Part shown: positions 18,306 through 26,328 of the stretch, piece after piece
How the letters are laid out: each line of letters starts with the position of its first letter
Position numbering within the stretch: the first letter of the stretch is position 1
NCBI GenBank assembly: GCA_050916045.1
Contig: CP051526.1
Span: 3,904,001 to 3,968,000, forward strand
Source: Tepidisphaera sp.
Lineage (GTDB): Bacteria; Planctomycetota; Phycisphaerae; Phycisphaerales; UBA1924
Direction of reading: 5' to 3'
Length of the DNA stretch: 64,000 nucleotides
Made by a program: the position numbers and the translations under genes
The notes under the pieces: model-generated
The model's input: only the letters and a program-made list of their open reading frames with translations
What the model was told of the DNA's origin: nothing
Database searches by the model: none

Positions 18306-19466
18306 ATGATCTACCTCCTGCTGCGATCGCTGACGGACTGGCTGAACAAGGTCGACCTGTACCCGCTTTTCCGCCTGCTTGACCAGACCGAGTTTCGAGC
18401 GCTCGCAGCGGCACTGCTCAGCTTCGGCCTGGTGCTCGGGTTCGGTCGCCGCACCATCAACTGGCTCCTGCGGATGAAGATCGGCGATGCGGGGCTGACG
18501 GATGCGGCGGCACTCGCGGCCCAGGCCGCCAGCAAAGCCAACACGCCCACCATGGGCGGCTTGCTCCTGATCGGCGCTCTGGTCGTCAGCACCGTGCTCC
18601 TCGCGGACATCTCGACGTTCTACGTGCAAGCCGGGCTGATCGTGGTCATCCTCTTCGCGGGTGTCGGCGCCTCGGACGACTGGCTCAAGCTCACCGCCAA
18701 ACGCCGCGGGACGGGCGCACGCCAGGGTCTCTACCCGTGGGAAAAGCTCGTCTTCCAGCTCGGCCTCTCGGCGATCGTGGTCTTCTTCTGCTCGCGGCAG
18801 GACGCAAGCCCGCTGGCAATGGTCCTCAATCTTCCGTTCCAGCGGAGCTATGAGCCGGGAAGCGGCGGCGTCCCCGCTTCCACGCTGATCATGCTGCCAA
18901 CATCGCTCTTTGTCATCATCGGGGCGATGTTCATCACGGGGATGTCCAACGCGGCGAACATCACCGACGGCATGGACGGCCTGGCGACGGGGATCGCTTC
19001 GATCGTGAGCGTGGGGATCTTCGTGCTTGCTTTCATCGCGGCGGGTGCGTCGGCGTACACCCTTCTGGTCCCGCGTATCGAGGGAGCGGGCGAGCTTGCG
19101 GTGATGGCCGGCGCGATGGCGGGAGCGTGCATGGGGTTCCTCTGGTGGAACTGCAACCCGGCTCGCGTCTTCATGGGGGACACGGGCTCGCTCGCGCTCG
19201 GAGCTCTGATCGGGTACATCGCGGTGGTGATCCGTCAGGAGATCCTGATCGCCCTGATGTGCGTGATCTTCATCATCGAGATCGGCTCGGTCGTGCTGCA
19301 GGTCGGCTACTTCAAGATGACCGGCGGCAAGCGAATCTTCCGCTGCGCCCCCTACCACCACCACCTGCACCTGGCGCTCTGGCCCGAAACGCAGATCGTG
19401 GCAAGGTTCTGGATCGTCACGATCCTCTGCGTGGTGGTCGCGCTGGCCACCATCAGGGTGCGCTAA
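18306..19466 (+). CDS. mraY: Phospho-MurNAc-pentapeptide transferase
   Basis: KANTPTMGG, DDWLK, SNAANITDGMDGLA, FMGDTGSLALG, APYHHH. Confidence 0.97.
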   Translation: MIYLLLRSLTDWLNKVDLYPLFRLLDQTEFRALAAALLSFGLVLGFGRRTINWLLRMKIGDAGLTDAAALAAQAASKANTPTMGGLLLIGALVVSTVLLADISTFYVQAGLIVVILFAGVGASDDWLKLTAKRRGTGARQGLYPWEKLVFQLGLSAIVVFFCSRQDASPLAMVLNLPFQRSYEPGSGGVPASTLIMLPTSLFVIIGAMFITGMSNAANITDGMDGLATGIASIVSVGIFVLAFIAAGASAYTLLVPRIEGAGELAVMAGAMAGACMGFLWWNCNPARVFMGDTGSLALGALIGYIAVVIRQEILIALMCVIFIIEIGSVVLQVGYFKMTGGKRIFRCAPYHHHLHLALWPETQIVARFWIVTILCVVVALATIRVR

Positions 19467-19526
19467 CCCTCATCACCGGAGCCGACGCGAAAGGCCCCCG
19501 ACCGCTTCGCGCCCCTATCATCCCAC

Positions 19527-19913
19527 ATGAATTGTGCATGCGCCTGCTCGCTCCCCAAAGCCGTCCTGGTCGTCCTCGCGATCGCCGGTGCGGCAAGCTT
19601 GGCCCGCTGCGGCGACGCTCCGGCCCCTGCGGCCAAGGTGGTACCCGCAACCCTTAATCCGGAGACTCTCGCGCCCAACGCGGTGGTGCTCAAGGTTGAA
19701 GGTCTCGCCTGCGAAGGCTGCGTCGCCGATGTGACGGAAGAGCTGCAAAGCGTGCCGGGAGTTGAAACCGCGAAGGTCGTCCTTGCGGAAGGTCGTGCGT
19801 ACGTCACGCTCGCCCAAGCCGAGCCCGCTTCCGTTCAGGCTCTGCTCGACAAGGTCGGCGCCAACCCAAGCCACAAGGCCAGCGTCGAAGCCAAGGGCTC
19901 AAGCGTCAAATAG
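19527..19913 (+). CDS. Exported heavy-metal-associated (HMA) domain protein
   Basis: Hydrophobic N-terminal segment, VLKVEGLACEGCVADV...VPGV (GxxCxxC). Confidence 0.82.
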   Translation: MNCACACSLPKAVLVVLAIAGAASLARCGDAPAPAAKVVPATLNPETLAPNAVVLKVEGLACEGCVADVTEELQSVPGVETAKVVLAEGRAYVTLAQAEPASVQALLDKVGANPSHKASVEAKGSSVK

Positions 19914-19938
19914 CTGACCCTTACCGAAAGGAATCCCG

Positions 19939-20559
19939 ATGCGTTCCCTCACCACCGCTTCATCGCTTTTGGTCGTCGCCGCCTGCGCCGCGCCCGCTCT
20001 GGCTCAAGACACCCTTGAGCTGTCCTTCGCCCGGGTCGGACAGTCCTACAGCGCCTTCATCGGGAGCGACAACCCCGCTGTCGGTCGCCGCGTCGTTGCG
20101 ACTCGCGTCTTCCTCCGGTTAAGCGTGACCGCTGGCGATGCCGCGAACTTCACGACCGACCTGCTCATCCCGATCCAGCCCGATGAGGGCGCGACGTCGA
20201 TCCTCTTCGAGTCCGGGCAAGCCCGCGGCTGGAGCGGCACCGGCACCTTCGAGATCGACGAAACGACCGACCGGTACAACGGGGTGGTGATCGCCCGCCG
20301 GTTCGGGGCTGCAACGCCGGGCGAGGGTTACTCTGGCCAGATCCTCGATGGCTCGGTCATCGAGCTTCAGCTTGAGCCCTCGTGCCCCGCGGACTTCAAC
20401 GGCGACAGCTTCATCGATTTCTTCGATTACAGCGACTACGTGCTCTGCTTTGAGACCGGCGAGTGCCCGGCGAACCGCACCGCGGACTTCAACGGGGACG
20501 ACTTCGTCGACTTCTTCGATTATGCGGACTTTGTCACCGCGTTCGAACTCGGCTGCTGA
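19939..20559 (+). CDS. Secreted protein with C-terminal dockerin-like (double EF-hand) domain ending in GC
   Basis: Signal peptide; CPADFNGDSFIDFFDY...ADFNGDDFVDFFDY...FELGC; AAGGA SD. Confidence 0.82.
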   Translation: MRSLTTASSLLVVAACAAPALAQDTLELSFARVGQSYSAFIGSDNPAVGRRVVATRVFLRLSVTAGDAANFTTDLLIPIQPDEGATSILFESGQARGWSGTGTFEIDETTDRYNGVVIARRFGAATPGEGYSGQILDGSVIELQLEPSCPADFNGDSFIDFFDYSDYVLCFETGECPANRTADFNGDDFVDFFDYADFVTAFELGC

Positions 20560-20643
20560 GTCTCCGCCGCGAGCCCCCCCAACTTGGGTTGCTGGCCAGC
20601 GGGCTCGGTGGACCCGTGCGTCCGCTGATACGATAAAGCTACC

Positions 20644-21042
20644 GTGACCCGGGCGCTCTGCCTCATCCTCGCCCTCCTGCTGAACACCGCGGCGATGCCT
20701 TGGATTTCGCCGGTGGCCGCGCGCGAGGCCGAAGCATCCGCGTGCTGCCCGCCCGGCGGATGCTGCTGCAGCAAGCCTCAGCGCCCCGCTCCGTGCCCGT
20801 GTCCGTGCGCTCCGCGCCCGGAACGGCCCGCACCCGCGACGGCTGCGGTGATCCAGAGCGAATGCGGCCCCGCCGCCGCAGCCCGGAAGGCGCAGCGCGT
20901 CGCTCGCACCGATCCCGCGCACGCAAGCTCAATCGGCTCTCGGCTGACCGGCGTCGCGTCGGCACATGCCGCCGCTGTGGTCCGCCTTCATCGCGGCCCT
21001 CCTCCGCATCCTCGACCCCGCCTTTGTGTCTGGGTGACTTGA
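20644..21042 (+). CDS. Small secreted Cys-rich protein with RGPP motif (DUF2946-like, candidate arrest peptide)
   Basis: Signal-peptide-like N-terminus, CCPPGGCCC and CPCPC clusters, HRGPPP near the C-terminus. Confidence 0.65.
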   Translation: MTRALCLILALLLNTAAMPWISPVAAREAEASACCPPGGCCCSKPQRPAPCPCPCAPRPERPAPATAAVIQSECGPAAAARKAQRVARTDPAHASSIGSRLTGVASAHAAAVVRLHRGPPPHPRPRLCVWVT

Positions 21043-21162
21043 ACCGAGAATGGACCTCCGATGCGGCTTTCGAAGCGATCGCCGCGCGATTCCATGCACT
21101 CGTTCATTTCCCGGAACACAACCATGTCGCGGGCGACAAGCCCGCGCGACAGAAGCTCAAAG

Positions 21163-21606
21163 ATGCGGATTTCCAAGATGTGGCTTCTCATTCCCGCCGG
21201 TGTCATCGCGCTCGCGAGCGGGTGCGCTTCCACCTCTCCGACCGAACGTCCCGCAGATGTCCCCGCGGTGGACATGTCCGGCGCGAAGAAGGTTGAATCC
21301 AACGGCGAAACGGCCTGGCAGCACGCCCCGACCGAAGCGGACGCGGCGGCGCTGCTCGACAAATCCGAGATCAAGGCCCGTTGGGTGACGCTCTACGTCA
21401 ACGGCCTGGGCTGCCCGCAGTGTGCTTCCAACATCGACCTGACGCTCGCGAAGATCAGCGGGATCTCGTGGATGTACGTCGACCTCGGGCACGGCGTGGT
21501 CCAGATGAAGCTGGCGGAGGATGCCAAGCGGCCCAGCCCGCTTGAACTCAAGAACAAGGTGACCGACGCGGGGTTCACGCTGGTCAAGATCCGCACCCAG
21601 GGCTGA
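21163..21606 (+). CDS. HMA-domain lipoprotein
   Basis: LASGC lipobox; VTLYVNGLGCPQCASNI; DAGF end of HMA fold; start could be 21163 or 21178. Confidence 0.8.
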   Translation: MRISKMWLLIPAGVIALASGCASTSPTERPADVPAVDMSGAKKVESNGETAWQHAPTEADAAALLDKSEIKARWVTLYVNGLGCPQCASNIDLTLAKISGISWMYVDLGHGVVQMKLAEDAKRPSPLELKNKVTDAGFTLVKIRTQG

Positions 21607-21616
21607 AAGGAACACG

Positions 21617-22447
21617 ATGAAGAACTTTCTCGTCGCGATCACGGCGACGGCCGGATGTTCGGCCGCGCTGGCGCAGGAAGCGATGTACACCCAGGCGGCG
21701 ACCATGCCCGCACCGGGCAACGCCATCATCCGCGAACAGATCCACTTCTTCCAGTACGGGCAGAACCCCGTCACCGGAGAGAAGCAGGAAGACGCGTATG
21801 TGCTTGAGAACATCCTGAGCGTCGGGTTGGCCCGCGCGCTGGCGGTCTCCATCACCGTTCCGGTGGTCGTCAAGGAAACGACGTCTCCCGCGGGGGACGG
21901 CGAGTGGGACTACGGCGTCGAGGATGTCGACATCATGTTCAAGTACCGCGTGTACATGGACAACACGGGCGGCGTCGACACCACGCGTTTCGCGTTGCTT
22001 GGCGGAGCGGGGGTCACCAGCGGCGACAACCGCGACTTCGCGAGCCAGTCGGTCAATCCGACTTTCGGCGCGGTGTTCACCAAGGTCATGGGCCGCCACG
22101 GCGTCAATCAAGACCTGATCTACACCTTCAACACGGGCGGCACCGCGGGCAAGAACGATGGCGGGGAAGGGCCCGACGACGCTCTGGCTTTCAACTCCGC
22201 GTACGTCTACCGGATAGACCCGCCGGCGTACACGTCGGAAAGCCAGGGAGCGTGGTACGTCACGGCGGAGATCAACGGCCTGTACGAAACCAACGGCGAC
22301 ATCGAGCTTCGATGGGCGCCGGGGCTGATGTACGAGGGCCGGCGGTTCGGATTCGAAGTGATGGCCCAGTTCCCGCTTTGGAACGAGCTGGACGAGCGGG
22401 CGGAACTCGATCTGGGGTTGGGGATGGGCGTCCGGTTCTTGTTCTAA
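21617..22447 (+). CDS. Putative outer-membrane beta-barrel / transporter-family protein
   Basis: Signal peptide, GVEDVDIMFKYRVY, amphipathic strands, terminal GMGVRFLF; AAGGA SD. Confidence 0.72.
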   Translation: MKNFLVAITATAGCSAALAQEAMYTQAATMPAPGNAIIREQIHFFQYGQNPVTGEKQEDAYVLENILSVGLARALAVSITVPVVVKETTSPAGDGEWDYGVEDVDIMFKYRVYMDNTGGVDTTRFALLGGAGVTSGDNRDFASQSVNPTFGAVFTKVMGRHGVNQDLIYTFNTGGTAGKNDGGEGPDDALAFNSAYVYRIDPPAYTSESQGAWYVTAEINGLYETNGDIELRWAPGLMYEGRRFGFEVMAQFPLWNELDERAELDLGLGMGVRFLF

Positions 22448-22469
22448 GCCCTCTTTGAAAAGGCCTATG

Positions 22470-22499
22470 AGCCCGTGGCGCGGTCGCCACGGGCTTTTT
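22470..22499 (+). terminator. Intrinsic terminator closing the HMA/barrel unit
   Basis: agcccgtggcg-cggt-cgccacgggct followed by tttt. Confidence 0.8.
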
Positions 22500-22655
22500 C
22501 GTGTCCTCTGGGCGAGACCCGGTCACGGCGGAGGAGCCGGACTGGTGGATGTTTGGGTGGTTTGCACGCCCCAGGAACGACCTAGGATGTGCCCGCCGAG
22601 GAGGCCGTCCGCTTGCCGGGCGGTTTGCCTCCGCCGAGCCCCTTTGGAGACCCCC

Positions 22656-23957
22656 GTGCCCTACACCTTGAAGCCCGCGGAAGCCTTCGGCGTTGATGCG
22701 GACAACACCGAGTATCTCAAGAAGCACGTCGATACCGGCGACCGGTGGGTTTTGAACTTTGGCCCGCAACACCCGGCGACGCACACCACGCTCCGCCTGG
22801 TGCTTGAGCTTGACGGCGAGCGGATCGCTCGCTGCACGCCGCACATCGGGTATCTGCACTCGGGGTTCGAAAAGCTCGGGGAAGCCCTCGACTACAACCA
22901 GTACGTCACGATCGTCAGCCGGATGGACTATCTCTCGCCGATCGCCAACGACATCGCCTGGCACCACGCGGTGGAGAAGCTTTTCGGGATCGACATCACG
23001 CCGCGGTGCAAGGTGCTCCGGACGATCATGTCCGAGATCGCCCGCGTCCAGAACCACCTGCTCTGCGTGGGCGCGGCGGGCCTGGACCTCAACGCGTTCA
23101 CGGGGTTCATCTACGCGTTCAACGTTCGTGAGAAGATCTACGACCTGGTCGACTACGTGTCAGGCCAGCGCTTCCACCCGGATTGGACCCGCGTGGGCGG
23201 CCTGATGCAGGACCTGCCCTGCGTCGCGAACGGTGACGATGTCTTCAAGCGGATGGTCAAGAACCTGATCCACAACGAGGTGCCGGGCGCGATCGCCGAC
23301 CTTGAGAACCTCCTCAACCGCAACCGAATCTTCATGGACCGCACCCGCGGCATCGGTGTGATGACCAAAGCCGAAGCGATCGCATGGAGCATGACCGGCC
23401 CGATGGCCCGGTCCTGCGGCGTCAAGCGTGACCTCCGCAAGGACGACCCGTATCTCTGCTACGCCGACAACTGGGACGGCAACGGGGCTGAAGCCGTGAA
23501 GTTCAGCGTTCCCATCACCGAAGAGGGCGACGCCTACACGCGGTACCTCGTCCGCTGCGAAGAGATCAAGCAGAGCCTCAAGATCATCGAGCAGCTGATC
23601 GACAAGATCCCGCAGGGACCCATCGACGCTTTCGCCGACAGCAAGGTCACCAAGCCCAACAAGAAGGACGTGTACGGATCGATCGAAGGGCTCATCCAGC
23701 ACTTTGAGATCATCATGTCCAACCGCGGCTGGAAGCCGCCCGTCGCCGAGACCTACGCCGCCGTCGAGTCCGCCAACGGCGAGCTCGGATACTACATCGT
23801 CAGCGACGGCTCGCCCCGCCCTTGGCGCGTGCGTACTCGCCCGCCCTGCTTCATGAACTACCAGGTCATCAGTAAACTCTGCGAAGGGCACCTGCTCAGC
23901 GACATCGTCGCGGTCATCGGGTCGATCAATGTCGTCGCGGCCGAACTCGACCGGTAG
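22656..23957 (+). CDS. nuoD: NADH-quinone oxidoreductase subunit D
   Basis: NFGPQHPATH, IGYLHSGFEK, RMDYL, ESANGELGYY, C-terminal ELDR; GTG start after GGAG. Confidence 0.94.
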   Translation: MPYTLKPAEAFGVDADNTEYLKKHVDTGDRWVLNFGPQHPATHTTLRLVLELDGERIARCTPHIGYLHSGFEKLGEALDYNQYVTIVSRMDYLSPIANDIAWHHAVEKLFGIDITPRCKVLRTIMSEIARVQNHLLCVGAAGLDLNAFTGFIYAFNVREKIYDLVDYVSGQRFHPDWTRVGGLMQDLPCVANGDDVFKRMVKNLIHNEVPGAIADLENLLNRNRIFMDRTRGIGVMTKAEAIAWSMTGPMARSCGVKRDLRKDDPYLCYADNWDGNGAEAVKFSVPITEEGDAYTRYLVRCEEIKQSLKIIEQLIDKIPQGPIDAFADSKVTKPNKKDVYGSIEGLIQHFEIIMSNRGWKPPVAETYAAVESANGELGYYIVSDGSPRPWRVRTRPPCFMNYQVISKLCEGHLLSDIVAVIGSINVVAAELDR

Positions 23958-23981
23958 AGCCTCAAACTTGTCAGTGACGAC

Positions 23982-24737
23982 TCAGCGCCCGAACGGCTTG
24001 GGGTGCAGTTCGCGCCATTTTCGCACGGCTTCGGGCTCGCGCGGGTACGCGGGCACCAACGACACCGGATCGGTCGCGGGAAGCTCCATGGCGACCCGAA
24101 GGCAAGCCCTGGGATCGAAGACCGGCGGCACCACCGGAACGTTCGCCCGATTCGCCCAGGCCCGCATCGGTTCGGGGAGGAACGCATCGGCGATGAGCAT
24201 GCGGATATGCAGGCCATCGAGATCCGCGGCTTCCATGATCGCTCCGGGCCCGGCCCGACTCACGTCGACCGACCGGTCAAATCGCGTCACGTGCGCATCG
24301 CTCCCCTTGGAGGCCAGCGCCACCGCGAACGCCCCTTCTCCGGTCGGCGCGGAGGCCGCCGCAACGCACGCGGACGGAACCGCGACGACGGTCGCCCCGG
24401 TCACCTGAGCGATCATCCGGGCGGCGGTCACCGCGATGCGCACAGCAGTAAACCCGCCGGGACCGACCGAGACCGCAACCAGACCGAGGTCCCGCGGGGC
24501 AAGGCCCGCTTCACGAAAAGCCTGATCGATCGCGGGCATCAGGGTGTCTTCCCGCGAAGCGGGGTCGCACGGCCTGGTCGCGCGGATTTCCACTCCGCTC
24601 GTTGTGCGCACCCCGACACACACACCCGGCATGGGGTCCCCCGGCCGCCATGCCGAAGGGTTGCTGGTCTCGATGGCGAGCACGCCGGCCGGTGAAACAG
24701 GCGCTGAATCGGGCGTGATGGGATACGGAAGCGTCAC
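23982..24737 (-). CDS. tsaB: tRNA t6A biosynthesis protein TsaB
   Basis: LAIETS, LMPAID, VAVSVGPGGFTAVRIAV, C-terminal LVPAYPREPEA. Confidence 0.88.
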   Translation of the reverse strand: MTLPYPITPDSAPVSPAGVLAIETSNPSAWRPGDPMPGVCVGVRTTSGVEIRATRPCDPASREDTLMPAIDQAFREAGLAPRDLGLVAVSVGPGGFTAVRIAVTAARMIAQVTGATVVAVPSACVAAASAPTGEGAFAVALASKGSDAHVTRFDRSVDVSRAGPGAIMEAADLDGLHIRMLIADAFLPEPMRAWANRANVPVVPPVFDPRACLRVAMELPATDPVSLVPAYPREPEAVRKWRELHPKPFGR

Positions 24738-24846
24738 GCGTGGAATGTATGGGCCCGGCTTTGGTGCCGCGACACTCCCCGGCGTGACCAGATCCGGTGC
24801 GGTACGCTTGCTTGTCGTCGTTACCGCACCCAAGCCCAGGGACACC

Positions 24847-25749
24847 ATGAAACTCCAGGCACTGCTGCTTCTCCTGCTCGCGAGCCCCGCCGCCGCGCAG
24901 AACGCGCCCGCCGACTCGCGGCCCGCCACCACCCCCGCTTCGCCGTCTGGCGGGCTTGCCGCGGACCCGACGAATCCTCCGCCGCTTGTGAGCGAGAGCG
25001 CCAAGATCTCGCTCTACCAGTTCCAAGCACAGCCGCGGCTTTGGTACGTGGGTCTGTCGGGCGACCTCACCCTTCCCGGCTCCCCCGCGAACAACCCGGT
25101 GGCCACGCTGGACGAGCTGAATCTCGACAGCCCGCAAGCCAGCCTGTCCGGGAGCGCAACGGTGCGGTTCGACCGCTGGACCGTGAACTTCTCGGCGGCG
25201 ACGGCTTCGAGCGATCGGTCCACCGTCGCGCAGCGGGCCGGGCAGATCGGCTCCTTCACGTTCAACCCGGGCGACCCGATCCGCTCGTCGTTTGACCTGA
25301 CGACGGCCGAGCTTTCCGGCGGGTACAGCGTGGGCACTTGGGCACGCACCCAGCGAGCCGACGGCTCGTGGGGCTTCGTGGCGGATCTGGCGTTGATCGG
25401 CGGCTTGCGGGTGTACGACGTTGAAGCAGGCGTGGGGGCGACCGCTCCGACAGGGTCGCGAGTGGACGAGTTCTTCATCGAGCCCATCGCGGGGGCTCGC
25501 CTTGAACTGAACCTTGCGAAGGACTTCTCGATCGACGTCCAGTCGACTTTCGGGTACCTCCCGGCCGATCGGGAGAGCTTCTCGTGGGACATCGAGGTCG
25601 CTTTTGCGTGGCGGATCATCGACAACCTCGGGTTTGAGGTGGGCTACCGCAACATGTTCATCCACCTCGAGACGGGCGACGACACGTCGCGGTTTGAGTG
25701 GGAGGGCGGTGCGGCGGGCGTGTTCGCGGGCTTGCAGCTTCGGTTCTAA
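24847..25749 (+). CDS. Putative outer-membrane beta-barrel protein
   Basis: MKLQALLLL signal peptide, alternating beta strands, EVGYR, terminal AGLQLRF. Confidence 0.75.
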   Translation: MKLQALLLLLLASPAAAQNAPADSRPATTPASPSGGLAADPTNPPPLVSESAKISLYQFQAQPRLWYVGLSGDLTLPGSPANNPVATLDELNLDSPQASLSGSATVRFDRWTVNFSAATASSDRSTVAQRAGQIGSFTFNPGDPIRSSFDLTTAELSGGYSVGTWARTQRADGSWGFVADLALIGGLRVYDVEAGVGATAPTGSRVDEFFIEPIAGARLELNLAKDFSIDVQSTFGYLPADRESFSWDIEVAFAWRIIDNLGFEVGYRNMFIHLETGDDTSRFEWEGGAAGVFAGLQLRF

Positions 25750-25980
25750 ACCCTGACGGCAGCAAGTCTTGACGCGGATCCGGCTCGCCGGGAACCGGTC
25801 TCCTGCCTACGCTGGGATGGCCAGCTTCCGGGTACGAACGCTGGCCCTTTGTTCGAATTCAAGCAGGTTTTTGATCGGCATGTGTTCATGGAAGCCGGTC
25901 CAGCAGCATCACCGGCGGTGAGGACCCATCTCCGCCGGAGCATCAGCAAGTGTCCGGGACGAGCCCCGGCCGGAGTCGGC

Positions 25981-26322
25981 ATGAGCACGGTGACGAAAAA
26001 GGACATCATCGATCGGATCATCGATCGCACGAAGGAACCGCGGGCCAGCGTGAAGCTCGTGGTGCAGGAGTTCCTCGATCAGGTGATCGTGGAGCTCAAG
26101 AAGGGAAACCGGCTGGAGTTCCGCGACTTCGGCGTCTTTGAGATTCGGCGTCGGGAAGCCCGAGTCGCCCAGAACCCCAAGACGCTCAAGCGCGTCGAGG
26201 TTCCCGCTCGCGTGAGCGTCAAGTTCAAAGCCGGTCGGCTCATGCGCGAGACGCTTGAGCGTGCGAACGCCGCCGCTCCCCTGGTCGTCGTTCCGTCCAA
26301 AGAACCCGCCCGCAGAGTCTGA
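25981..26322 (+). CDS. HU/IHF-family nucleoid DNA-binding protein
   Basis: TKKDIID, GNRLEFRDFGVF, AQNPKT, VKFKAG; GGAG upstream. Confidence 0.93.
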   Translation: MSTVTKKDIIDRIIDRTKEPRASVKLVVQEFLDQVIVELKKGNRLEFRDFGVFEIRRREARVAQNPKTLKRVEVPARVSVKFKAGRLMRETLERANAAAPLVVVPSKEPARRV

Positions 26323-26328
26323 TCGCCC

